Shown here piece by piece: positions 12,946-23,930 of a DNA stretch of 53,593 nt. Made by a program: the position numbers and the translations under genes. The number at the start of each line of letters is the position of its first letter. Position 1 is the first letter of the stretch. The notes below the pieces were generated by a model. It saw only the letters and a list, made by a program, of their open reading frames with translations. It ran no database searches and was not told the origin of the DNA. This DNA is from Chiloscyllium plagiosum (Eukaryota), in assembly GCF_004010195.1 (NCBI RefSeq), contig NC_057718.1, forward strand, positions 67,713,254 to 67,766,846. The letters are read 5' to 3'.

Positions 12946-13163
12946 TTAAGTATTTCAGTAGAGTTACAGTTAAGCAAATTTTTAAAATTCCTATTTTCTG
13001 TATGTTAACTGGAGTATAAGAATAAAGTGTGTTTGTTTCAGGCCTGATAATTTGACCAATCAAGTTGCATTTGGAACACATCACTGCCTTTTAGAATCAG
13101 AAAAATTAGGGTCTAGGTTACCTCCTGAATATATTTTGAGGAGGTTTGGGCTGGTCCATGACC
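12946..13163 (+). mobile_element. LTR-like element, 3' part
   Basis: AATAAA at 13021-13026; ends ggtccatgac. Interpreted as the continuation of 8056-8440. Confidence 0.5.
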
Positions 13164-13215
13164 GTGGTGACACAGTGGTATACTTTTGGGAAGGAATTGC
13201 CCTGGGAGTCCTCAA

Positions 13216-15990
13216 AATTGAATTGAATTGAACTTATTGTCATGTGTGCCGAGGCACAGTGAAAAGCTTTGTCTTGCGAGCAATAGGAACAGATCACATT
13301 GCTAAATAGCATAGGTAAGTAAATAATAGGCAAATAGTGGCAAAGACAAAAACGCAGGTTCAGGCGAATGTTAAGGCATATAGTATGCTTGTCTTCATCG
13401 GACAGGTTATTGAGTATAAGAGCTGGAAAGTCATGTTAAAATTGTACAAGATGTTGGTTCGGTTGCATTTAGAATACTGTGTACAGTTCTGGGCACAACA
13501 TTACCAAAAGGATGTAGACGCTTTGGAGAGGGTGTTGCCTGGTATGGAAGGTGCTAGCTATGAAGAGAGGTTGAGTAGGTTAGGTTTGTTTTCATTAGAA
13601 AAAAAAGAGATTGAGGGGGGACCTGATTGAGGTTTACAAAATCACGAAGTGTATAGACAGCGTGGATAGAGACGAGCTTTTTCCCAGGGTGAAGGATTCA
13701 ATAACGAGAGGTCATGCTTTCAAAGTGAGAGGTGGAAGTACTTCACACAGAGGGTGGTGGGCGCTTGGAATGCGTTGCCAGCAGAGGTGGTAGAGGCAGG
13801 CACAGTAGATTCATTTAAGATGCGTCTGGACAGATGCACGAGTAGGTGGGGAGCAGAGGGATACAGATGCTTAGGAATTGACCGACAGGTTTAGACAGGA
13901 CTTTTGGATCGGCTCAGACTTGGAGGGCCGAAGGGCCTGTTCCTGGTCTGAAAATTTTCTTTGTTCTTAAGAGTGAGTCCATTCGATGTTCTAACAACAA
14001 TAGGGTAGAAACAGTTTAGAAGCAAACTGGTGCATGTGTGCAGACTCTGTACCTTCTGTACCTTCTCCCCGATGGTAGAGATTGTAGAAAAACATTGCTA
14101 GGTGGGATGGATCGTTGAGAATACTGGCGGCCTTTCCTTGATAGATGGATTCTATAGATGGGAGGTTGGCCTTTGTGATTGTCCAGGCCGAGTTCACCAC
14201 TCTCTGTAACCGTCTCCGATCTATCCATACCAGATAGTGATACATCCAGACAGAATGCTCTCGATGGTGCATCTATAAAAGTTGGCAAGGTTATTGGCTG
14301 TCACGCCAATTTCCTCAGCTGCCTTAAGGAGAAGAGATTTTGTTGGGCGTTTGTAACCTGTGCATCCACATGAAGAGACCAAGAAAGCTTGTTGTGGATG
14401 ACCATTCCCAGGAGCTTGACACTCTATACTTGTTCCACCTCTGTGCTGTTAATGTGTAGGTGGACCTAAGTAATATCCCACTGAAAGTCAATAACGAGTT
14501 CCTTGGTTTTGCTGGCATTGAGAGCTAGGTTGTTCTCAGTGCACCATTTTTCCAGGTCTTCCTCCACCTGTCTGTAGTCTGTTTTGTCACCATCTGAAAT
14601 TCAACCGACTGGTGGTGTCATCAGCGAACTTGTAAATGGCATTAGTCTGGTATTTGGCAAAGCAATCATGGGTATACAGTGAGTACAGTAGGGAATTGTG
14701 TGCACACCCCTGGGGGGGGTCTCCAGTTTTGTGTGTTAGTGAGGATGAAATACTGTCCCCAATCTTCATTGGTTGTGGCCTGTGGGTCAGGAAACTAAGG
14801 ATCCAGTTGCAGAGAGTGGGGCTTAGTCTGAGATTACTAAGTTTAGTAATCAGTTTTGAGGGGATAATAGTGTTGAAGGCTGAACTGTAGTCAATGAGTT
14901 GAATTCTTACGTAGCTGTTCTTGGTGTCAAGATGTTCTAGGGAGGAGTGAAGGGCAAGTGATATGGCATCTGACGTGGATCTGTTGGTCCGATAGGCAAG
15001 TTGGACTGTGTCAAGAGTAGCTGGGAGGCTGGAGCTGATTAATGCCATGACCAGCCTTTCAAAGCACTTCATGACCACCGAAGTTAGGGCTATTGGGCGG
15101 TAGTCATTGAGACATGCTGCACGAGCCGCCTTAAGCACAGGGATGATGTTGGCCCTCTTGAAACAGGCAGGGACAGTGGCCTGCTGCAGGGAGAGGTTGA
15201 AGATATCTGAGAAGACCTCTGCCAGTTGATCTGCATATGCTCTGAGTACATGGTCAGGTACTCTGGTCCCATTGCTTTCCTTGGATTCACACAAAGGAAA
15301 ACTGATCTGACCGCTGATGCAGTGACTGTTGGGATAGGTTCGTCAGGACTTGTGTTGCCTCTCCATAGAAATTCTGCTCAAAGCGAGCATAGAAGGCTTT
15401 GAGATGATCTGGGAGGGATGTATCATCATCTGCTGTCTTGAACTATCTCTTTTTAGAATCTGTGATGTCATTCAGTCCTTGCCATAGTCACCAGATGTCT
15501 GGGTCTCTAGTTTGGATCAGTATTGGTCCTTGGCTGTCTTAATGGCTTTGCATAGGTCTCAGTTGGATTTCCTATATTTGAGTGCATCCCCTGATCTGAA
15601 GGCCTCACGCTTGGTTTTTAGCAGATTTTGTATGTCTTGATTTCATCCAGGGTTTCCTGTTGGGGAACACCCAGAATGACCTCCTCAGTATACAGTCCTC
15701 CACACACCTGCTGATAGTCTGTGACGGTGGTGCGTATTTGTCCAAGGTAATTGTGGACTGTTTTAACATGGTCCAATCAGCTGATTCCAGACAGCACCGG
15801 AGGTGATCCTCTTCCTCCTCCAACCAGCACTGGACCTGTATCCGCGAGGGGGTCTCCTGCTTGAGCTTTTGCCTGTAAGCTGGGAGAAGAAACACGGCAT
15901 TGTGGTTTGAGTTCCCGAAATGAGGGTGGAGGGTGGAGCAGTAGGCGTTTTTCACAGTGGTGTAGCAGTGGTCTAAAAATTTTACCCTGG
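13216..15990 (-). mobile_element. Rex1/Babar-clade LINE, 5'-truncated
   Basis: Minus ORF 14587-15294: ADQLAEVFSDIFNLSL, LNDYRPIALTSVVMKCFERLV, IDYSSAFNTI, KFADDTT. End of endonuclease (LDHCYT) at 15605-15997. (CAATT)n tail at 13216-13232. Confidence 0.92.
13376..13966 (+). mobile_element. CR1 3' fragment nested in the Rex1 3' region
   Basis: LEYCVQFW...LGLFSLE and a CR1 3'UTR, flanked by TTAAG at 13371-13375 and 13967-13971. Confidence 0.9.
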
Positions 15991-16099
15991 ACTCCATGAA
16001 ATCTCATGGCATGAAAACATACATGGCCAAGGAAACCACCTGCTGATTATTTCCTATGTTGCCCCCATCCAACCAGCAGTCTCACATGTTGAGCCCCAC

Positions 16100-16330
16100 T
16101 TAGAGAAAGTTCTAAAGGTGGCAAGGGCAGAGAAAGTACTCAAAGTAAGAGACTTCAGTATCAACCACCAAGTGTGGCTTGGGTGTATCACTACTGAGTT
16201 AGCCGACTGCAACGATGAGGGAACTAACAACGGGAAAACTATACTTAACCTTGGTTATAGCGGTTCAAGAAGCTCACTACCACCTTCTTCAGGGAAATTG
16301 AGGATGGGCAATAAATGCTGCCCTAGCATT
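16100..16330 (+). mobile_element. L2/CR1-group LINE relic with a large internal deletion
   Basis: Endonuclease-like DFS.NHQ.WLG...GKTILNL is joined directly to the 3' tail ggttcaagaag...gggcaataaatgctg. Confidence 0.55.
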
Positions 16331-17247
16331 CTTTGAAAGCATTGTCTTATTTTGAAAAAAGCAAAATGTTACTAATTCTCATTCCTTATACCTCTTTCTA
16401 AGTCTATCTCTTTGAAGAAGATTTTGGTCATCTGCCTAATATCATGGAAGTTACCATTACATCTAGTAGAACCTATTATGGAAACAATGAGAATGAGCTC
16501 AGTAATCACAAGCATCTGACTAACAGATAAATAGATTGTGTTTTCAGGAATAAGAAAAAAATAAATTTGATTGGTTAGTCGTCTGTATACACTGAGTGAA
16601 AGAACAATGTCTTTTGTTTACCTAAGCTACATTCTTCAAAATATATGTAAGCTGCATTGCAAATTTTCCAGTCCTGCTGTTCTGTCGTCCAAAATTTTTT
16701 GAATGTAATCTTTTATTCTAGCTATTCTGCATGTAAAAGCAGAATCCAATATTATGCCACCTTACTTTTCCAGTTTTAGATTTATCTAATTTACCTAACT
16801 TTCACTTCACCTGCTTTTTGTCTCTTAAAGTATAGCTGAATGCACTGAACACATCTAACTTCAAACCATTTAATTCTGATCACGGAAGAGGCTTACTGGT
16901 CCCCAAATCTGGGTGGACCTGGGGTGAGGTACGGAAATCAGGCAAAGAATTGCCACTTTCAGGGTTTTCACATCAGGAAGGCTGTATTGAACAGGTCATT
17001 CAAGTATGTGTTACAACTTTTAAAGGGAAACAGCATCTCAAGGTAAACAGGAAAGAGAAATTGTTAGTACTGGAGGAGTCATGAATCACAACCTGCCAAA
17101 TTTATATGGTGATATTTCATCCAAATGGAAAACTGTAGTAGATAATGAACCATGTATATCCAAGTTTTTCATAGGTGGCCTCCTAGAATCATGTTCCTAT
17201 AGCTGTTGTCCCAAATTTCAAATTTTCTAATCAGCTGTTCAACAGGT

Positions 17248-17555
17248 TATTACTTACAGTGTGGAAACAGGCCCTTCGGCCCAACAAGTCCACACCGACC
17301 CGCCAAAGCACAACTCACCCAGACCCATTCCCCTACATTTACCCCTTCACCTAACACTATGGGCAATTTAGCATGGCCAATTCATCTAACCTGCCATTTT
17401 TGGATTGTGGGAGGAAACCAGAGCACCCGGAGGAAACCCATGCAGACACTGGGAAAATGTGCAAACTCTACACACAGTCACCCGAGGCGGGTATTGAACC
17501 CAGGTCTCGGGCGCAGTGAGGCAACAGTGCTAACCACTGTAACACCGTGCCGCCC
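17248..17555 (-). mobile_element. HE1-type V-SINE, full length
   Basis: Minus strand: tRNA head (cagtggttagc...gggttcaatacc), V-domain (gggtttcctccgggtgctctggtttcctcccac), CR1-like tail (gggccgaagggcctgtttcc). Confidence 0.9.
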
Positions 17556-18267
17556 AGGTATCTATCTCATTTGTGGTTCAAAGATCATTACTGAATAGCC
17601 TGTACTCTGCCAAGCTCCTCAAATGTCCTAAACATTCCAAGCTCAATGCTGCATGCCAAGTTTACTTGCCATCAACTACTTAATAACTGAATCATCATGA
17701 ACAGCATTGGCAAAGTGCCTACTCTGAGGCCTAATCGCTCTCCAGAGTGCTGAATGACAGATTGTTATTAGCTGGAACAATCCACCACTCTGTTTCAACT
17801 GCTTTTAGTTTTTGTCTTAAATTTACTTTACAGGTTGGTAGATTTCATCTCTGAATCAGACAAAGCTTTTCAGTTGTACTTTTAGGAATTCCAAACCACG
17901 TATGGCTTTGGAATCCTTCACTATTAACATGAATTAGAATTTTACAGCTACTCAAAGAAGATAAGCTAGGTTTAAGCACCTCTACAGTTCATGCAATGTC
18001 TAAGATCTACGTTTAAGATTAAGACAACATATAATATGCTCTCAGATACTCAACAAGAATAATTAGGATTTATACCCTTCTATCCTTCAGACAATGCAAA
18101 AGTAATACCATCTTGAAACAGATAAAAATGTTGGAGCATACCAGGAAAACACCTTATCTTTCACGATAAAAATTAATCAGAGCAAGACCCAATACTTATA
18201 CTTACCTATCACCTTTAGCATAAATCATTCAGTGCACTTGTCAAAAGTATTTGGGTTTGACAGGAGG

Positions 18268-19095
18268 ACATATGGGCCAGTGGCTGAGAAGTGGCACTTG
18301 GAGTTTAATTCAGATAAATGCGAGGTGCTGCATTTTGGAAAAGCAAGGACTTATACACTTAATGGTAAGGTCCTAGGGAGTGTTGCTGAACAAAGAGACC
18401 TTGGAGTGCAGCTTGATAGCTCCTTCAAAGTGGAGTCGCAGGTAGTTAGGATAGTGAAGAAGGCATTTGGTATGCTTTCCTTTATCGGTCAGAGTATTGA
18501 GTACAGGAGTTGGAAGGTCACGTTGTGGCTGTACAGGACATTGGTTAGGCCGATGTTGGAATACTGCGTGCAATTTTGGTCTCTTTCCTATCGGAAAGAT
18601 ATTGTGAAACTTGAAAGGGTTCAGAAAAGATTTACAAGCATGTTGCCAGGGTTGGAGGATTTGAGCTATAGGGAGAGGCTGAACATGCTGAGTCTGTTTT
18701 CCCTAGAGCGTCGGAGGCTGAGCGATGACCTTGTAGAGGTTTGCAAAATTTATGAGTGGCATGGATAGGATAAATAGACAAAGTCTTTTCCCTGGGGTGG
18801 GGGAGTCCAGAACTAGAGGGCATAGGTTTAGGGTGAGAGGGGAAAGATGTAAAAGAGACCTAAGGGGCAATGTTTTCATGCCGAGGGTAGTACATGTATG
18901 GAATGAGCTGCCTGAGGATGTGGTGGAGGCTGGTACAATTGCAACATTTAAAAGGCATCTGGATGGACATATGAACAGGAAGGGTTTGGAAGGGCCGGGT
19001 GCTGGCAGGTGGGACTAGATTGGGTTGGGATATCTGGTTGGCATGGACAGGTTGGACCAAAGGGTCTGTTTCCATGCTGTACATCTCTATGACTC
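18268..19095 (+). mobile_element. CR1 3' fragment
   Basis: ORFs 18232-18768 and 18752-19018 match the ORF2 C-terminus of the 8.5-12.7 kb copy; same 3'UTR. Confidence 0.95.
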
Positions 19096-19577
19096 GATAT
19101 ATAGAAGTCAAGTGCGTGGTGCTGGAAAAACACAGATCTGGCAGCATCTGAGGAGCAGGAGAATCAACATTTCAGGCAAAAGCCCTTCATCAACCCTGAA
19201 AGTGGCAGTTCTTTGCCTGATTTCCGTACCTCACCCAGGTCCACCCAGAATTAAACAGAGGGGGACCAGTAAGTATGAACAGGAAGAGTTTGGAAGGGCC
19301 GGGTGCTGGCAGGTGGGACTAGATTGGGTTGGGATATCTGGTTGGCATGGACGAGTTGGACCAAAGGGTCTGTTTCCATGCTGTACATCTCTATGACTCG
19401 ATATATAGAAGTCAAGTGTGTGGTGCTGGAAAAACACAGATCTGGCAGCATCTGAGGAGCAGGAGAATCAACATTTCAGGCAAAAGCCCTTCATCAACCC
19501 TGAAAGTGGCAATTCTTTGCCTGATTTCCGTACCTCACCCAGGTCCACCCAGAATTAAACAGAGGGGGACCAGTAAG
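18970..19577. repeat. 304-bp tandem duplication
   Basis: 18970-19273 is repeated at 19274-19577 with about 5 substitutions. Confidence 0.95.
19105..19192 (-). mobile_element. Short PLE pseudo-LTR fragment (duplicated at about 19409-19496)
   Basis: gtggtgctggaaaa...gcagcatctgaggagcaggagaatc...gcccttcatca; same family as 20590, 22802, 37306 and 49432. Confidence 0.75.
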
Positions 19578-20089
19578 CCTCTTACATGCTCAGAATTAAA
19601 TGGTTTGAAGTTAGATGTGTTCAGGGCATTCAGCTATACTGAAGGTGGCATAATATTGGATTCCGCTTTTACATGCAGAAAAGCTGGAATGAAAGATTAC
19701 ATTCAAGAAGTTTTGGAAGACAGAACAGCAGGATTGGAAAATTTGCAATGCAGCTCACGCATATTTTGAAGAATTTAGCTTAGGTAAACAAAAGACATTG
19801 AATGATAGAACAATGCATGCAGAAAACTAACCAATCAAATTTATTTTTCTTATTCTGAAAATGTTGTCCATCTATCTGTTCGTCAGATGCTTGTCATTAC
19901 TGAGCTCAATGTCGTAGCTTCCATAATAGGGTCTAGTGTATGTCATTATTGAAAGCGATTAGCTTAGTTTCAAGTATTATCTTAGGCAGAATTGTTAGAA
20001 TTGTTAATGTGTGACTGATGAGCCTGAATCTAGAGTTATATCTCTGACTGTACATAAGGCAGATATTTCCAGGAGGTAAAATTGGTCCT

Positions 20090-20520
20090 TGGCTGTGAGA
20101 GTTGAGGGATTCGTTTCTCCAGTTCCTTTTTTGCACTTCCCCTCAACAGACACTCAAAGAATTGTTTCCCTTTGTAGAAGAGGTTTCTCCAGGTTAGTTT
20201 CTTCTAACTGAGGGTCTCCCATGTGTTAATGTTCATGTTGCATTTCTTGAAGGAAGCTTTCAGGGGATCTTTGAACTACTGCCTTTGTCCTTTTTTGTAT
20301 CAAGCATTTCCTTGAGCTGGATGAAGAAGATATGCTTAGCAGTCAGAACTTGGCATCATAATCACATTGGTGCACAGGAGAGTTGGTTTCAGATGATCAT
20401 GGATTTGATGCTTGAGAACGTTGATGTTAGTCTGCCTCCCCAACTGATGGGGAAAAATCTGTCTCAAACAATTGATGGTCCTTCTCAGGGGCCTTGATGG
20501 CGTGTATATGTAATCAAGTT
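20090..20520 (-). mobile_element. RTE-clade LINE C-terminal relic
   Basis: Minus strand reads RQTNINVL, IFFIQLKE and FKDPLKASFKKCNMNINTWE, typical of an RTE ORF C-terminus. Confidence 0.6.
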
Positions 20521-20589
20521 TCAAAGACACAAAGAAAATTTCGGAAGGATTACTGCCTTATATAGTGTGCTAGCACTAGTGATTCATAA

Positions 20590-20678
20590 TCGATGAAGGG
20601 CTTATGCCCGAAAGGTCGATTATCCTGCTCTTCGGATGTTGCCTGACCTGCTATGCTTTTCCAGCACCACACTCTTTG
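20590..20678 (+). mobile_element. 89-bp PLE-derived insertion with a degenerate hammerhead, inside a SINE head
   Basis: 15-bp TSD actagt(g/a)attcataa at 20575-20589 and 20679-20693; gatga-agggc-ttat-gccc-gaaa core remnant. Confidence 0.85.
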
Positions 20679-21299
20679 ACTAGTAATTCATAAGCTCGAG
20701 CTACTGGTCTGGTGACATGTGTTCAAATCCACCATGGCAGATCTGAAATTTGAATTTGTTGCAAGAAAAATCTGGAATAAAAATGTGAGCCTAACATTGT
20801 GATATCAAAAAATGTAATAGGACATTTAGAGGAAAAATATTCTGTTCACCACAAAATATATGTGCCTTTAGTGCAGTGTGGTGTGTTCATAGTGGACCAT
20901 TTATAAGCTTCCTGCGTTGTAAACCTGCCATGTTTCTAAAAGACCTTTCAGTCATAGTCCACCAAAGATTAAAATAATTGTATTTCTTCCGACCAACCAC
21001 ATGAAATGAATTTGGCTTTTGAGACCTGGAACCTCGAACTCCCACGTTCTAGAGAAATCTAATGAATTGGATTTTGTTTTAGCTATACCACGTAATAGCA
21101 AATAGATTTGATTAAAATCATGTAGATGTTTCGAATGCTGTAGATACTGAAAATGTTACCTGCAAGGGATATTTGGGAGTACAGTTTCATTCTCCTGGTT
21201 CCTCTGTAGCTATCCTGGCAATATCACTTTTTGAACAGAAGATAACATCAACTTTTCATTTACCAAAGAATAGTTACTTGTTGAAACAAGTTTCGTTTA

Positions 21300-21650
21300 T
21301 TTTTCTTTATTATCTCATGGGTATGTGGACTTTTTTGGCTAAGCCAAAAACCATTTTTATTGCTCAAAAACCATTAAGAGTCAACCGCATTACTATGGGT
21401 CTAAAGTTGTATGTCAGCTAGACCAGGTAGGAATAGCAAATTTCCTCCCCTCAAGGGCATTAGTAAACCAGATAGGCATTTACAACAAATAAGTAGTTAC
21501 ATTCTCATTATTAGGCTCATGCTTTTATTCCATATTTTTCACTGAAGTCACATTTCACCATCTGCCATGTACAATTTGAGCTCAAGTCTCCAGAGCATTA
21601 ACTTGAGCTTCTGGATTACTAGACCAGCGACAATACCACTCCTCCACCAC
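21300..21650 (-). mobile_element. tRNA-derived SINE, decayed full-length copy
   Basis: Minus head agtggtattgtcgctggtctagtaatccag...atggcagatggtgaaat matches the + copy at 20560-20790; body shared with 1640-1760 and 22380-22560. Confidence 0.65.
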
Positions 21651-22697
21651 CTTGATTGGTTTCTTAAATATGGATCCAATGTTTATTCCATCAGAACTAC
21701 TGATTGTAGAAAAGATAGTTTTTTTTTAGCTGTCCAGAAGATGCCTGAAATTGATCATCATTTGTTGGCTCTAATAATGTTCGTAGTTTTGCTATTTCCA
21801 GTTGAACTTTACTCATCTGTAATTGTAATCTGTTGTCAAATGATGAAGCAAGTAAGAGCACCTTTTGCAAATAGCCTAACTAAATAGTTTCTGTTGTTAA
21901 GTTTTGTTTTTTAAAAGAAAATTCAAGAATGGTAACTCAAACTGAATGCACTCCTGAGAATTTACACTGAGGACTGACCTTTGAATCAGTTCATATTTTG
22001 GAAAATATGAAATGATTTATCTGAATAAATGAACTGACAGCTTCGGGAGCTGAAGTGCAGTCACAGATAAGAGAATTGACTGTTGCGTCCAAGATCAACG
22101 CTGACATGCAGGACACTGAAAATTTTATCTTGCCGCATGGTTTTTGAAAATGACATTGTGGTTACTTGACTGGTTGTTGTGGAATGCATCAATGGCCAAT
22201 TTTCAATTAGTTGTTCATTTGCAGCTGCCAAATGGAACTGTTTGTTTTTTTTTGGTATCTGTGAAATTAACATTTTAAAAGTATATTACTAACGTTGGAC
22301 CTTCTCCAACAAGAGACAGTACAATATTCTCTCTTGATGTTCAACTGAAGAGTTACCATTGACCATTGAAAGTGTTTCTTCTTTCATGAGATGTGAATGT
22401 TACTGTAAACTCTATTGTTAGTTGTCCTTTCTAATTGTCTTTGATCTTGTGGCTTACAAGGCCATTTCAGAGTTAAAAATCCACTACACTGCTGGAGTTA
22501 CATGAAGGCCAGACTAGGTAAGGATGGCAGAATCGTTTCTCTAAAGGACAACAAAGCAGATGACATTTTTTGATACAAGATGCTTTGAAGCAACTCATGA
22601 ACGATCTTGTCAATAGCATCTTTTGAAATCCCTGACCTCTACTTTTCCAGAAGGCCAAGTGCAGCAAATGCATGTGAGCACTGCCACCTGAAAGTGG

Positions 22698-23618
22698 TGT
22701 TTGAATAGTGGTTCCACACCACACACACCATTAAAATGCGAGAGGAAAAGAACTACCCCAGAGGTCACAATTTAAAGTAAAAATTAACAACTTTATTCTT
22801 TGAGGAGGAGAAAGTGAGGACTGCAGATGCTGGAGATCAGAGCTTACAAATGTGTTGATGGAAAAGCGCAGCAGGTCAGGCAGCATCAAAGGAACAGGAG
22901 AATCGACGTTTCGGGCATAAGCCCTTCTTCCTGAAGAAGAGCTTATGACCGAAACGTTGATTCTCCTGTTCCTTTGATGCTGCCTGAATTGCTGCGCTTT
23001 TTCAGCAACATGTTTTTAAACTTTATTCTTTAAGTCCAAAAGAGAATATTTAAACCAGCAACTATTTATAAATTCTTTCTCTTAAACCTATCTTTTCCCC
23101 CCCCCTCTACAATAAGAGTCCAATTTTAAAAGAAAATCCTAATTAAGATTTACAGAAAAAAAATCCTATTTCAAAACTAGACAGCTTTGCCTATTCTCCT
23201 TTGTAGATTTTCCTCAGTAGATTCTCTCCAAGTTGGTCTTGATATTCAGCTGTGCAAACTCCCCACTGACTGGTATCTTTCATAGAGCTCTTCAGCTAGC
23301 AATCTACATTTGTTGGTCTTTGGCAGTTCTCCCCCTAACTGTTCAAAATGTCTGGTTGCATACCCCACAACATCAGATCGTTTCACTGGTTTTAATATGA
23401 TCAAAATACTAAAATCAAATTTGATTTGATTTTGGTATCTTGGAGCCTAATTTAACCTGGCCGAACTTGAATTTGATTTTGTTTCACGGCAACCCAGCTG
23501 CTATTTGTTTTGACCAAGTGTACATTGTTATCTTGTTCAGGACTGTCTGTGTTTTGCCGGTCCTTGCTAGGTTTTTAACACTCTTAAAGGTACAGTACAC
23601 CTCTACACCTTCATAACA
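22698..23618 (-). mobile_element. Solo LTR
   Basis: Minus strand starts TGTTATGA and ends TCAAACA (TG..CA with a short terminal inverted repeat). AATAAA lies about 95 nt before the end. No clear TSD. Confidence 0.6.
22802..23018. mobile_element. Palindromic PLE-derived insertion
   Basis: 13-bp TSD aactttattcttt at 22789-22801 and 23019-23031; about 85-bp inverted arms centred at 22931; CTGAAGA...GAAACGTT core at 22931-22958. Confidence 0.9.
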
Positions 23619-23629
23619 CAAGTATTGTG

Positions 23630-23930
23630 GGAAGGAAAGAGCGAACTGATGGTGGAAATGGAACCCAAAGCATGAGAGAGGAAAAAAATGTTAAGCAGAC
23701 AGAGATTGTTGATGCTAAGTTAGGGAAGAAGAAAATGAGGGACTGTGGGTGAAAATGGTTCGTTGTGCTGAAAGCAACCCATGTCATGACAGGATGTGAG
23801 GGTTAGTAGAAGACATGGAGCTGTGCAGGCTCTAAAATTATTGAACCTGATATTGAGTTCTGAAGGCTGCAAGGTCTTTAAGTGGAAAATGAGATGCTGA
23901 GCCTCGCTGCATAGATACTGCCAGACCTGA
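23630..23930 (-). mobile_element. Neptune-type PLE 3' fragment
   Basis: Minus-strand QHLIFHLKTLQPSELNIRFNNFR resembles the C-terminus at 43370-43450 (EKQHLIFKLG). Confidence 0.65.

Noticed and set aside
12585..12949. His/Tyr/Thr/Ile-rich ORFs
   Set aside because: Translations of the TA/CA microsatellite.
8437..12949. piggyBac element suggested by TTAA flanks
   Set aside because: No terminal inverted repeats (no CCY...RGG ends) and no transposase.
17480..17555. tRNA-like A/B boxes as a tRNA gene
   Set aside because: This is the head of the HE1-type SINE, continuous with the V-domain and tail.
18199..18265. Minus-strand donor (AG|GTAAGT) and a small tgtcaaa/tttgaca hairpin
   Set aside because: No supporting acceptor or reading frame, and the hairpin is short enough to be chance.
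19025..19769. Duplicated 123-aa and 146-aa ORFs, and a possible exon ending at gtaaac (about 19783)
   Set aside because: Derived from CR1 3'UTR and PLE sequence in the tandem duplication. The unique part lacks a good acceptor and any recognisable protein.
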